A stretch of DNA of 64,000 nucleotides, from assembly GCA_045863235.1 (NCBI GenBank), contig BTUM01000028.1, forward strand, positions 1 through 64,000. The letters are read 5' to 3'. The notes below the pieces were generated by a model, which was given only the letters and a program-made list of their open reading frames with translations, did no database searches and was not told the DNA's origin. This document shows, in pieces, positions 43,825-53,609 of the stretch. The stretch comes from Candidatus Xenobia bacterium. GTDB taxonomy: Bacteria; Vulcanimicrobiota; Xenobia; Xenobiales; QWHO01. The translations under genes were made by a program, and so were the position numbers. The first letter of the stretch is position 1, and the number at the start of each line of letters is the position of its first letter.

Positions 43825-45267
43825 TCACGGATCAGGCAGAAATCCGCGCTGGCCGGTCGGGTTGAGCTCTCGGCCCTGAGGCCGGGGACGGAAGACCAGC
43901 GACCAGAGGAAGTGTGTCCTCAGCTCGTTCTCAAACTCGGGATCGTCGTCTGGAATCGTCCCCCGGTGCACGGGAAAGGAATCCTGTGGCCCGCTGGCGG
44001 TCCAGCCGGCTTGCTGGTGGCAACCCATGCAGTTGCTCAGGGGGCCGAGGGCAAAGCCGGCCTCCAGGTAGGGGTTGAAGGTCACCCGTGGGCTCTGGTC
44101 GCTCTCCCTGGGCAGGTCGGCGCTCAAGGTCGTGTTCATGCGGAACTGGTCGAACGGAGGGGCAACCGAGGCCGGAACGTCTACTCCGTACGGCCCTCGG
44201 GGCTCGTCGTGCCACCAGAAAGTGGCCCACACCCAGTCGGACGCTTCCCGGGTGGTGACGTGGACCGCCACCAGCGCCAGGGAGTCCTCCTGGGTGAGCG
44301 GCCGACCCCAGAAGCTCCTTGCCACCTGCCCCATAAGCCCCTGGTTCAGCCGCTCCACCGTGTTCGCATCGTTGAGCTGCAGCAGGAAGAACCGGTCGAG
44401 GGGCACTACGCGGGCCTGGCGGGTGACAAGGCGCTGATAGCTCAGGTCCTCGGGGTCGAAGAAGGCGACCTCGGTGGTGAGACCGGGGGGCAAGCTGGAA
44501 GTGGGATCGATGGCCACCACCCGGCGAAACACGCCCCACTCGTTGCCGTGCTTCTCGTGGCTCTTCAGCTCGGCCGCCTGTTCCGGGGAGAGCGTTCCAA
44601 AGAATCCGCGGTCCACCAGCTGGCCCACCCCGGTCCCCCAATCGAGCGGTCGGGTGGGCTCGTTGTCCCAGACCGGGAAAGCGGTCAGTCCGTCGTGTCG
44701 CACAGGCCACCACACGGTCTTGACGGCCATCGCCTCGGGCGGGAAGTCGACCACATTGGAGGCTTTGCCCACCAGGGCCTGCAAGGTGTCCCGCCACTGG
44801 TAACCATGGGCTCGCACGTGGTCGCGGTAGGCCTGGTTGTACACGTTGCACTCGGTGGGCGGATTGCCGTCCCCAAACGAATCCGGACCGCCTACCAGGA
44901 TGCGGGGAGTGAGGACCCGCGGATTCTGGAGCGTGCCTTCCCCGAAGATCTCGGCATTCTGGTACCAGGTCAAGAAGACCGGGAGCCCGGAATTGCTCTG
45001 GGCGGTCAGAGCGGCCCAGGCACTCCAGGCATGGCGTCGGATCGACGCCTCATCGCCGCGGGCCAGGTAGCCGTAAAGGGTCTCCTGCGACTCCGGGAAT
45101 CCCGTCACCGGGCCCGGAGGAGCATACTCGACCGGGCTGCCGAAGCGAGCCGTTATCCGCGGAGCGGGAGGGGGAGGCTCGGCCGTGGTGCTGACCTGTG
45201 ACCCACCGCACCCTCCCAGGACAAGGATCGACCCGAGCAAGAGAATACAGTGGGGCAGGTTGCGCAT
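43825..45267 (-). CDS. Lipoprotein with a single C-terminal CxxCH heme c motif
   Basis: Lipobox LGGC; SNCMGCHQQA; AVKTVW, LVAVHV, WVWATFWW. Confidence 0.7.
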   Translation of the reverse strand: MRNLPHCILLLGSILVLGGCGGSQVSTTAEPPPPAPRITARFGSPVEYAPPGPVTGFPESQETLYGYLARGDEASIRRHAWSAWAALTAQSNSGLPVFLTWYQNAEIFGEGTLQNPRVLTPRILVGGPDSFGDGNPPTECNVYNQAYRDHVRAHGYQWRDTLQALVGKASNVVDFPPEAMAVKTVWWPVRHDGLTAFPVWDNEPTRPLDWGTGVGQLVDRGFFGTLSPEQAAELKSHEKHGNEWGVFRRVVAIDPTSSLPPGLTTEVAFFDPEDLSYQRLVTRQARVVPLDRFFLLQLNDANTVERLNQGLMGQVARSFWGRPLTQEDSLALVAVHVTTREASDWVWATFWWHDEPRGPYGVDVPASVAPPFDQFRMNTTLSADLPRESDQSPRVTFNPYLEAGFALGPLSNCMGCHQQAGWTASGPQDSFPVHRGTIPDDDPEFENELRTHFLWSLVFRPRPQGRELNPTGQRGFLPDP

Positions 45268-45336
45268 TCGAGTGTCGTTCGACTCACAGGCTCGAACTCT
45301 TCCCCACAAAGCTTGACGCGACGAGAGTTCGGTGCC

Positions 45337-46395
45337 CTATCGCGGCTGAGGAGCCGGCACCTTCTGCGGAACCACCTCGCGCACCAGCTTGCGCTTCCCC
45401 CCGCTTATCTCGACCAGGAAGACGCTCTTGCGCGGGATGCGCTGGCCTTCGTCATACGCAAGCCGGCCGGTCAGCCCGCTGAACTCGCGCGTATCGGCCA
45501 TCGCCTTGCGGATGCGCTCGGGCTCGAACGATCCGGCCCGCACCATGGCGCTGGCCAGCAGCATCATCGTGTCGTAGCCCAGGGCCGAGAAAGCATCCGG
45601 CGGCTCGCCGTAGACCTCGGTATAGCGCTGCACGAACTCCGGATGCCGATCGAGGAAGGCATGGGTGGTGAAGTAGACCTGGTCGACCTGCCAGCCTGCC
45701 AGGTCCAGGCTGTCCCCGCCCAGGATGGGTCCGCTGAAGCCGGCGGAGCGCAGCTCGGCGGCCTTGCTCTGGGCCGCCTCGGGCCCAACGGCCAGAAAGA
45801 CCAGGTCGGCCCCATCCTCGGTCAGCTGGCCTCCCAGCTCGACAAAACGCGCTTTGAAATAGCCTGAGAGGAGGCGCGTGTACTCCATCTCTTCATCCAC
45901 CACCAGGCGCACCTTGCGGTGGCCCTGCTCGTAAGCCCACTCGGCCGCCGCGGCGGCCTGCACGTTGTCGCCGAAACAGGCCAGGTAGAGGTAGGTGGGC
46001 ACCTGCTCGGGCAGCCGGGGCGAGGTGGCCCCCGAGGTCACAAACAACCGCTTGAAGGCAGCCGCCTCGGGAGCGGCGGCCAGCACCATGTCCGTATCCG
46101 ACAGGCCGATCAGGGCCCGGGTGTGGCCGTCGTCATGCAAGATGTCCCGGGTCTTGCGGGCGATCACGGCCGGGTCGGACTGCCCGTCCTCCAGGCGCAG
46201 GCGCAGCCTGTGGCCGCGGATGCCGCCTCCGGCGTTGAGGTCGGACACGGCCAGGCGGGCTCCCCGGGCCGAGGGCACGTCCAGACCGGCCTGCGAGCCG
46301 GTCAGGTTGTAGACAGCCCCGATCACGATCGGGTCGGCTCGGGCGGCCCAGGCCACCAGAGTGAGAGCCAGCACCATCAGCAGCACGCGCTTCAT
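45337..46395 (-). CDS. Branched-chain amino acid-type ABC substrate-binding protein
   Basis: Signal peptide; IGAVYNLTG, LNAGGGIRG, EDGQSDP, ALGYD, FSGLTG. Confidence 0.88.
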   Translation of the reverse strand: MKRVLLMVLALTLVAWAARADPIVIGAVYNLTGSQAGLDVPSARGARLAVSDLNAGGGIRGHRLRLRLEDGQSDPAVIARKTRDILHDDGHTRALIGLSDTDMVLAAAPEAAAFKRLFVTSGATSPRLPEQVPTYLYLACFGDNVQAAAAAEWAYEQGHRKVRLVVDEEMEYTRLLSGYFKARFVELGGQLTEDGADLVFLAVGPEAAQSKAAELRSAGFSGPILGGDSLDLAGWQVDQVYFTTHAFLDRHPEFVQRYTEVYGEPPDAFSALGYDTMMLLASAMVRAGSFEPERIRKAMADTREFSGLTGRLAYDEGQRIPRKSVFLVEISGGKRKLVREVVPQKVPAPQPR

Positions 46396-47651
46396 GGCTT
46401 GCTCTTCTGGCGTCCGATGATCAGGCGCACCCCCCACTTCCAGGTCAGATACGACCATGTCCAGCGGGCAAAGACCAGGGCCCGATTCTGCAGATCGGCG
46501 ATGCGGAAAAGGTGCAGCCAGAGCCAGGCCAGCCAGGCTGGGAGGCCGGTCAGCTGCAGCCATCCCCACTGGAAGACGGCGGCCGAGCGGCCCAGCGTGG
46601 CGATGTGCTCGCGCTCGCGGTAGCGGAAGGGAATTGGCTCTTGTCCTTTGATCTCTCGCAGCACGTTGCGGGCCGCGTGGGCGCCCTGGGCCATGGCCAC
46701 CGGGGCCATCCCGGGCAGTCCGTTGAGCGAGGTCATGTCGCCGGCGCAGTAGACTCGGTCCGAAAGGCGCAGGTCGGGAGCGATCTGCACCCTACCCACC
46801 CGGTCGTGCTCGCTCGGCAGCGTGCGGGTCAGCTCGGTGGCCTGCACGCCGGCCGTCCAGACCACCGTCCGGGCCTCCACCGAGCGGCTCCGGGTGGCCA
46901 CCCGGCCTTCCTCCACCGACTCCACCCGCTCCCCCAGCCACACCTCTACCCCCAGCCTCTCGAGGTGCTTGCGGGCGCTGGCCGAGAGCTTGCTCGAATA
47001 GCCCGAGAGAATGCGCTCCCCGGCCTCGATCAGCACCACCCGGGCCTGCTCCGGGCGAATCTGGCGAAAATCCCAGCGCAGCACGTGGCGACGAAGCTCG
47101 GCGAAGGCGCCGGCCAGCTCCACCCCGGTGGGGCCGCCTCCTACCACCACCGTGGTCATGAGCTTCTCGCGCATGGCTGGATCCTTCTCCCCCTCGGCCT
47201 TCTCAAAGCCGAGCAGCACGCTCTCGCGAATGGTCACCGCCTCGGCCGCCGACTTGAGGCCCGGGGCGTGGACCGCCCACTCGGGATGGCCAAAGTACGA
47301 GCTCTTGACCCCCACGGCCAGGATCAGGTAGTCGTACTCGAGCCGGGTGTGACCGTCCAGCATCAGGGCGCGCTCGTCACTCAAGACAGCGGTGACCTCG
47401 CCCATGCGCACGCTCGCGTTCTTCTGCTTGCCCAGCAGGGCCCGAACGGGCGTGGCCACCTCGGCCGGGCTGAGGCCGGCCGAGGCCACCTGGTAGAGCA
47501 GGGCCTGGAACAGGTGATGATTGGTGCGGTCCACCACCACCACCTCGAGGTTCTCGTTCTTCAGGGCCCGGGCGGCCGACAGTCCCGCGAACCCGGCCCC
47601 CACGATCACGACGCGCGTCACGCCGGCGGGTTTCGGTTGCGCCCGAGCCAT
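46392..47651 (-). CDS. ndh: Type II NADH dehydrogenase family FAD oxidoreductase
   Basis: VIVGAGFAG, NHHLFQALLYQVA, VVGGGPTGVELAG, WTAGV, AGD, PGMAPVAMAQG. Confidence 0.88.
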   Translation of the reverse strand: MARAQPKPAGVTRVVIVGAGFAGLSAARALKNENLEVVVVDRTNHHLFQALLYQVASAGLSPAEVATPVRALLGKQKNASVRMGEVTAVLSDERALMLDGHTRLEYDYLILAVGVKSSYFGHPEWAVHAPGLKSAAEAVTIRESVLLGFEKAEGEKDPAMREKLMTTVVVGGGPTGVELAGAFAELRRHVLRWDFRQIRPEQARVVLIEAGERILSGYSSKLSASARKHLERLGVEVWLGERVESVEEGRVATRSRSVEARTVVWTAGVQATELTRTLPSEHDRVGRVQIAPDLRLSDRVYCAGDMTSLNGLPGMAPVAMAQGAHAARNVLREIKGQEPIPFRYREREHIATLGRSAAVFQWGWLQLTGLPAWLAWLWLHLFRIADLQNRALVFARWTWSYLTWKWGVRLIIGRQKSKP

Positions 47652-47681
47652 TCCTCCGTTTTGTCTGCTAAACTCTAAGCC

Positions 47682-49481
47682 ATGAGATCCAGACCCCGGG
47701 GAGCCACCCTGGCGACCGCACTGATGGTCATCAGCCTGGCCCTGGTGGCCGCCTTCACGGTGGCGGCCAGCGCCTCGGCCAACCTGCAGGTGGCCCAGAG
47801 GGTCGAGAACACCCAGATCGCCTCGCAGCTGGCCGAGTCGGCCGTGCAGCGGGCCATGGCCCGGGTGATGGGCAACGCCGGCTGGGTGGGCGACATCAAC
47901 CTGAACGGGCCGGTTCCCCAGTCCACCGGGCGGCTCACCTTCACCCCTGGCGCTGTCCCCTTCTCCACGAACAATGCCGGCAGTACCCGCCCCAACGGGT
48001 GGGCCGGCTCGCGCTGTCTGCCCGGAGGTGCCGTTCCCCCCAAACGCGTGCACCTGGTGGGGGTAGGCCGCTGTCGCAACGTGACCCGCACCGTCGAGGC
48101 GGTGCTCTATGTGCCCGATTTTACCGTGTCCATCGCCTCCAACGGGCAGGTCCGTCTCGAGAACAGCCTGGTGGGCTCGCTGGAGGAGGCGGCTGACGTG
48201 AGCCGCCTGGCGGCCGAGCCCGAGTTGCTCGGCCCGGCCGACCTGGCCACCAACTCGGCCGTTCCCAACGCCATCAGCCTGCAACGTCGCAGCCGCGTGA
48301 CCGGCAACGTGCAAGCCTGTGGCTCGGTCGACATCTCGGCCGACTCGAGCTTTGGAGGCGAACTGCGCGCTCCCTGGACGCCGGCCGACCTGCCCGACTT
48401 CGATCTCGACGACTACGACCCGGCCACCGGCGACACGTTGAACTTTCAGAGCCTGCCCACCGGCATCCTGAGCTCGCAGAGCCTGGTGGGACTGGTCCGC
48501 TGCGACGGAGACGCCGCCATTCAGGGCGACATGGTGCTCGACAACGCCATGGTCTACGTGGACGGCGACCTCGTGGTGGAAGGGGGAGTGCGGGGCACGG
48601 GAGCCATCATGGTCAAGGGCTCGGCCACCGTCAAAGGGGGCGGCAACCTGACCAGCGACGACTCCATCGCCCTGTTGTGCGATGGAGATGTGAGCATGAT
48701 CGGCGATCGGCCCAACACCTACCAGTTCCAGGGGCTGATCTACACCCGTGGCAACTTCGTGGCCCGCAACTTCACCGTCATCGGAGCCTTCATCGCCAAC
48801 GGGACCGGGCCGGGCACAGGCAACGTCAACCTGTACGACTCGCAGGCCTACTTCACCTCGCTGTCCAACAAGGTTCCCATCTACTACCCGCGCCAGCTGG
48901 TGCTGCAGATCGCGAGCGCCAACGATCCCACGCAGAAAGTCATCAACCTGCCCGACGGCAACACGATTCCCTACGGGATGTTCCCGGGCTCGGACGTGGC
49001 CCAGCAGTATGACATTCCCTGGAAGACTCCCGCCCAGGCGGCCGCCCACGTGAACGGCCAGCCCTACAATGGCTGGGAGGGGGCCGATGGCGGGCCCTGG
49101 CACTGGTACGATACCGTCCTGCTCGAAGTGCGCAAGGAGAACAACGCCTACGTTTACGAGCTGCGCTATCAACCCAACCCGATCCCGGGCGCGGCCAGCT
49201 ACCCCGAGCGCTTTACCGACCTGCAGTCGCTGAGCGCTCGTCTGGCTGACATCTGCGCCACCATGTGCCCCGACTACAACGACGGCGTCGATCCCAGCGG
49301 CCCGAACCCGCGCGAGTCAACCGAGTTCCGTCGCGACACCTTCTACCCCCAGCTCTTCGCCAGCTGGAACTTCAACCCGCCCCCCCCGGGAGACCCGGTG
49401 CAGGTCAACTTCTCGCTCGATCCCAACCGGTTTCTCAACCAGCAGGACAAGGTGCGCGTGGTCACCTGGCTGGAATACTGA
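47682..49481 (+). CDS. PilX/GspK-like minor pilin with large beta-rich C-terminal region
   Basis: RPRG|ATLATALMV lacking Glu5; ASQLAESAVQRA; repetitive beta-strand motifs (VYVDGDLVVEGGVRGTGAIMVKG, FQGLIYTRGNF). Confidence 0.75.
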   Translation: MRSRPRGATLATALMVISLALVAAFTVAASASANLQVAQRVENTQIASQLAESAVQRAMARVMGNAGWVGDINLNGPVPQSTGRLTFTPGAVPFSTNNAGSTRPNGWAGSRCLPGGAVPPKRVHLVGVGRCRNVTRTVEAVLYVPDFTVSIASNGQVRLENSLVGSLEEAADVSRLAAEPELLGPADLATNSAVPNAISLQRRSRVTGNVQACGSVDISADSSFGGELRAPWTPADLPDFDLDDYDPATGDTLNFQSLPTGILSSQSLVGLVRCDGDAAIQGDMVLDNAMVYVDGDLVVEGGVRGTGAIMVKGSATVKGGGNLTSDDSIALLCDGDVSMIGDRPNTYQFQGLIYTRGNFVARNFTVIGAFIANGTGPGTGNVNLYDSQAYFTSLSNKVPIYYPRQLVLQIASANDPTQKVINLPDGNTIPYGMFPGSDVAQQYDIPWKTPAQAAAHVNGQPYNGWEGADGGPWHWYDTVLLEVRKENNAYVYELRYQPNPIPGAASYPERFTDLQSLSARLADICATMCPDYNDGVDPSGPNPRESTEFRRDTFYPQLFASWNFNPPPPGDPVQVNFSLDPNRFLNQQDKVRVVTWLEY

Positions 49482-51119
49482 CTAGGGATTGAAGAAGCGC
49501 TCGATCTGACCGTCCTGGTAGAGGGTGCGGTAGAACAGTCCCACCTCTTCATCCCCCGTGGCGGCTGACTTCCAGGTAATCCTTATGGTATAGCTGCGCC
49601 CGATGTAAGCTCCGTCGCAGCGCAAGGTATACTCGGTGTCGCCGTTGTCCTGAAACCACGTGTTGTTCCAGCGGTTGGAGTAGTTGCCATACTCCTGCAC
49701 ATCGATGCGCGAGACGTAGTAGCGGTCTCCTCCGGTGAACCAGGGCTTGCCGGTCACGAAGAGCACGCCGCGCGCCTGTTCCGAGCCGCTCCCTCCCGAG
49801 GAGCCCCCGCCCTGGAGGGGGGAGAGCTCGACGAGCAGCGAGCGGCTGTCGCCCGCGGCGAAGGTGATCAGTCCCACGCCGCGCTTGAAGCCCAGGGCTT
49901 GAGCAAAGATCAGGTGCTCGCCGGCGGGAATTCCGCTCAGCGAGAAGGTTCCATCGGCGGCGGTCAGGGTGGCCTGGCCCGTGTCTACGGCTACCTGGGC
50001 CCCGGCCAGCGGCACGCCCGCCACCGAGCGCACCAGCCCTGTCATCTGAGCGGTGCCGGTGCCGGTTCCACCGACGTTGAGGACCACCGGATTGGACGGA
50101 TAGCGGTTGACGAACACCACCACCGGACCGGTGCGGGCGTTGTTGGGCACGATCAGCTCGATGCGCGTATCGCTCCAGCTCACGATCGAGGTGGGCGCGA
50201 TCGGGATGCCGCCCACGGTGAGATAGCCCTGCTCGAGCGTGGAGAACCCGCTGCCGCTCAAGATCAGAGTCTGGCCGGCATTGGCCGCGCTGGCCGAGAG
50301 CCCGGTCAGCAGCGGGGGCGGCACCGGGGCCACCACGTTCAAGTTGAGCTCGCAGTCGGCGAACGCGAACACCCAGCGGGCGCTGAAGGGGGGCAGGGCG
50401 CCCGGGGAAGTGATGTCCTCACTGATCAGCTGTCCGTCCGGCGAAAGACCGTAGATGGCGTTGGAGAGCCACACGTCTCCGCTGGTCTGGCTGAAGCCAG
50501 CCACCTCGGCCAGAGTCCGGGTGACCCCCAACTGGCTCACGCTCATGTTGGAGAACAGGAGCTGGCTCTCGCTGGGGCACCCGATCAGGTTCCAGCCCTG
50601 GTTGAGGGGGAGGACGTTGACCTGACCGTCGTTGGAATCGCCCTGCACGGTCACGGTGCTGGCGGCGTCAGCGTAGGCGAAGTAGCTCAGGCGCGTGTCC
50701 ACCGCCTGGGGACTGTTCACCGGATCGACGGCAAAGAAGTTTCCTTGCGAATAGCCGTAGAGCTGATAACGAAAGCCAGAGGCGGCCGTCAGGCGGCCCA
50801 TCGGGAACGAGAGCACGTTCCAGCCCGCGCTCAGGTTGTACTGGGCGCCCACGACGCGCTGCTGGCCGCGGGGAGAGCCGCTCACCAGCGGGGGAGGATT
50901 GGCCGGCAGGCCGGGAGGGGTGGCGCTGTTGAGGGCGGCTTGCAGCGAGTTGCCCGGGTCGGCCCCGGCGTTGGGGTCGGGGGCAGGAGGACCGGGGGCG
51001 GGAGGGGCAGGATTCAAGCCCGGCACCGGCCCGGCATCCACCGTGCCCGGGCCACCTCCCGAGCAGGCGATGGCCAGCAGAGCAACCAGCAGGCAAAGGA
51101 TCACATTCAAGCGTTTCAT
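49482..51119 (-). CDS. Lipoprotein with IPT/TIG and carboxypeptidase-regulatory-like domains
   Basis: Lipobox AIAC; LSAGWN/LNQGWN repeats; LSGSGF..SWSDTRI..VP; G.V.....PLAGAQV...T.ADGTF.L.GIPAG. Confidence 0.8.
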   Translation of the reverse strand: MKRLNVILCLLVALLAIACSGGGPGTVDAGPVPGLNPAPPAPGPPAPDPNAGADPGNSLQAALNSATPPGLPANPPPLVSGSPRGQQRVVGAQYNLSAGWNVLSFPMGRLTAASGFRYQLYGYSQGNFFAVDPVNSPQAVDTRLSYFAYADAASTVTVQGDSNDGQVNVLPLNQGWNLIGCPSESQLLFSNMSVSQLGVTRTLAEVAGFSQTSGDVWLSNAIYGLSPDGQLISEDITSPGALPPFSARWVFAFADCELNLNVVAPVPPPLLTGLSASAANAGQTLILSGSGFSTLEQGYLTVGGIPIAPTSIVSWSDTRIELIVPNNARTGPVVVFVNRYPSNPVVLNVGGTGTGTAQMTGLVRSVAGVPLAGAQVAVDTGQATLTAADGTFSLSGIPAGEHLIFAQALGFKRGVGLITFAAGDSRSLLVELSPLQGGGSSGGSGSEQARGVLFVTGKPWFTGGDRYYVSRIDVQEYGNYSNRWNNTWFQDNGDTEYTLRCDGAYIGRSYTIRITWKSAATGDEEVGLFYRTLYQDGQIERFFNP

Positions 51120-51264
51120 GCCCCGCAGTGTAGCTGAATTCGGCCGGAACGTGGTTGCCAAAATGTTATCCCCACTTGTTCGGGAAGAAAACTCTTCACG
51201 GCGAAAGGCGCTTTGGCATGGCCGTCGAACGTCTGGCAATTCCATCGAACACTGGGAGGGAACA

Positions 51265-51474
51265 GTGGCAGATAACCTTGAGGCGCTCGACGCCAAGATC
51301 AAATCACTTGAAGAAACCATGGGTCCCTTGCTGAACCTGGAGCTGCCCGCCGGCGCCACGATCAGCTTCGGCGACCAGCCCGGTATGGCCGTGCTGTTCA
51401 GCGTCTGCTTGCGTCGAATGGTGCTGGAAATCCAACGTCAGGGCGAGCTGACCCGGGCAGCGATCAAGAAGTAA
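51265..51474 (+). CDS. 69-aa hypothetical protein
   Basis: GGGAGG RBS then GTG; MADNLEALDAKIKSLEETMGP...RAAIKK; followed by a terminator. Confidence 0.65.
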   Translation: MADNLEALDAKIKSLEETMGPLLNLELPAGATISFGDQPGMAVLFSVCLRRMVLEIQRQGELTRAAIKK

Positions 51475-51541
51475 AGCTTAAAGCCGTCGTTTCGATCGCG
51501 CTTTTTCGTTCTCTTCTTCGATACGTTCGCGAGTCCGCGGC

Positions 51542-51590
51542 GGCAAAAAAAGAAGGCTTCCTCGACCCCGAGGAAGCCTTCTTTTTTGCC
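51542..51590. terminator. Bidirectional Rho-independent terminator
   Basis: GGCAAAAAAAGAAGGCTTCCTCG-accc-CGAGGAAGCCTTCTTTTTTGCC, A- and T-tracts on both sides, between convergent genes. Confidence 0.92.
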
Positions 51591-51592
51591 TG

Positions 51593-52723
51593 CTACTTCT
51601 TGGGCACGAGCTTGTAGAGAAAGAGCTCGCTGGGGGACATCGGATCTTTCTTGGTGGTGATGGCCGCCATGGTGCGAGTGCGGTTGATGGACATCGACTG
51701 CATCGGCAACACGGTCTCGTTGACCGTGTCCAGGATCTTCAGGCCTTCCTTGCGGGTCGGCACCAGGAACTGGGCGGCGGTCTTGTAGGGGTTCCCGGTG
51801 ATGTCCCAGGTCAGCACCTCGAAACCCCAGAAGGGCTTGCCCAGATAGCGCGGCTCCCAGCCCACGGCCAGTTGCTCGAGCTCGTGGTTGGCCGAGTACT
51901 TGCCGGTGACGCTGTCCACCAGCATCACGCCCGCCCTGGAGGCCGGGGGCAGGTTCCAGTAGCACACCAACAGGTAGTCGCCGCCCCACTCCCAGCGCAC
52001 CCGGAAGAACGTCATCTTGCCTTCGACCTTCTTGTCGGCCGGAACATCGTTGAGGAGTGGCGTGACCTTGCCACTGTCGATGTTGATGATGCCGGCCACG
52101 TCTTTCCACTTCGTGTCGGCCCCCATCAGGGGCTTGGCGTAGGCCAGCAGGCGCACCTTGGGCTGCTTGGGAGGGGTGTATTCCAGCCAGTCCACCGAGC
52201 ACACCGGCACGTCCGGCACGAAGCTCTTCAGTTTCTTATTCGCCTTGAGGTCCCACAGGTGGATGCCCTTGTAGGTGGCCACGGCCACCAGATTCTGGTC
52301 GGGGCTGAAGCTGTAGTCGAGGATTTTCTTGGGATCGGCCGCGATGGCCAGCTCGCGGGTCACTTTGGCGTTCTTCCAGTCCAGCCAGCGCAGCGGCTGG
52401 ATGTTGCGCAGCAAGATCAGGTGCGTGCCGTCGTGGCTGAACTCGAGCCCGTCGATGGAGTCGAGCTGGTGCACGTCGGGGCCGATCTCTTTGAGCACCT
52501 GCCCGCTGGTCACGTCCCACACGGTGAGCATCTTGCTGCCGTTGAAGAAGCCGGCCAGCACCTTGCCGTCGGGCGAGAAGGTGGGGCGCTCGATCCAGTA
52601 AGGATCCGAGCCCGGCAGCTGCTTGTCGAGCACGAAGTCGGGCGGGGTGGGGATGATCTCGTCTTTGGCCAGCGCCGGCAAGACGGTCAGAAGGAGGATG
52701 AGAATGGAGAAAATCCTGCGCAT
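51593..52723 (-). CDS. Secreted WD40/beta-propeller protein
   Basis: Signal peptide; FSPDGK...VWD, FSHDG, FSPDQ...LWD repeats. Confidence 0.8.
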   Translation of the reverse strand: MRRIFSILILLLTVLPALAKDEIIPTPPDFVLDKQLPGSDPYWIERPTFSPDGKVLAGFFNGSKMLTVWDVTSGQVLKEIGPDVHQLDSIDGLEFSHDGTHLILLRNIQPLRWLDWKNAKVTRELAIAADPKKILDYSFSPDQNLVAVATYKGIHLWDLKANKKLKSFVPDVPVCSVDWLEYTPPKQPKVRLLAYAKPLMGADTKWKDVAGIINIDSGKVTPLLNDVPADKKVEGKMTFFRVRWEWGGDYLLVCYWNLPPASRAGVMLVDSVTGKYSANHELEQLAVGWEPRYLGKPFWGFEVLTWDITGNPYKTAAQFLVPTRKEGLKILDTVNETVLPMQSMSINRTRTMAAITTKKDPMSPSELFLYKLVPKK

Positions 52724-52820
52724 TGGAGCCCCCTGCTTGGGAAGTTGGTGGGGCCGCTTTCGAAGCGGGAGTCAGCTTCCTCCTGCCAGGAGGTCGGGCC
52801 GGGCGCAAGAAGGTCTCCTC

Positions 52821-53438
52821 GTGGACGTGCACCTTCGGTTGCGGCGGGGGCTTCAGATGGTGATGGTGGGGATGCTCCTGAGCTGCCTGCCCTACGTCAG
52901 CTACCTCCTCGTTCTCGGGGTCGACTTTCTTCCCTATGCTTTGGTCGGGTCGGGCACCATTCTCCAGCTCTTGCCCTGGGCGGGAATGGCCGGCTTTGCC
53001 CTGCTGGTGGGGGGACTTTATCAGTGCCTCAAAGCACCTCCCGAGTCGGACTCGCGGAACCTGCTGCTGTTTGCCGGGGCGACTCTGGTCGCACTGCGGT
53101 TCGTGGCCATTCCATCGGTTCGGATGGGTCCGCTGGGCTGGCTCATCCCGCCCCTGAACCTGGCGGTCGATCTGGCCCTGCTGCTGGCTTTATGTCGCCT
53201 GGCCGTGTATTACCGTCGGCGCGATCTTCTCGGGAGTTTCTTCGTTGGGGCCGGGCTGGCCTTGATCCAGACCCTGATCGCCCTTCCTCTCTCCGTCGGA
53301 TGGCTGGCAGGACTCACCACCGCCTTGCTGTTGCTGACGATCGGATGCGTCGCCCTCTCCACGGTGCTGGTCTCGGTGGCGGTGGGTCGGCTGGCTGTCT
53401 CAGCGGGGGAGGGCCCGCCCAGGGAGGATTTCCTCTAG
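52821..53438 (+). CDS. Hypothetical multi-pass membrane protein
   Basis: About 6 hydrophobic helices; start approximate (GTG 52821). Confidence 0.65.
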   Translation: MDVHLRLRRGLQMVMVGMLLSCLPYVSYLLVLGVDFLPYALVGSGTILQLLPWAGMAGFALLVGGLYQCLKAPPESDSRNLLLFAGATLVALRFVAIPSVRMGPLGWLIPPLNLAVDLALLLALCRLAVYYRRRDLLGSFFVGAGLALIQTLIALPLSVGWLAGLTTALLLLTIGCVALSTVLVSVAVGRLAVSAGEGPPREDFL

Positions 53439-53605
53439 AAGCCCAGGCCTTCCCCGGGCACCACGTAGCTCACGCCATCGATGAGCACTCCGTAGCTGCC
53501 CGACGAAGTGCAGCCGTAAATGTGGTTGTTGAGACCGCTCGGAGCGTTGGGGCCAGATTGTCCTGGGCTCCGAGGCCATAGATGGTCGTGGTTCCGCTGG
53601 TGGGG
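53435..53605 (-). pseudogene. Possible orphan 3' gene fragment
   Basis: Coding-like stretch ...SGPNAPSGLNNHIYGCTSSGSYGVLIDGVSYVVPGEGLGF* with no start, just after the stop of 53610-54233 and in another frame. Confidence 0.35.
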
Positions 53606-53609
53606 GGCC

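Noticed and set aside
47652..49172. Apparent 500-aa N-terminal extension on NDH-2 (926-aa ORF)
   Set aside because: The extension is the antisense of the PilX-like gene; ndh starts near ATG 47651 just before its first Rossmann motif
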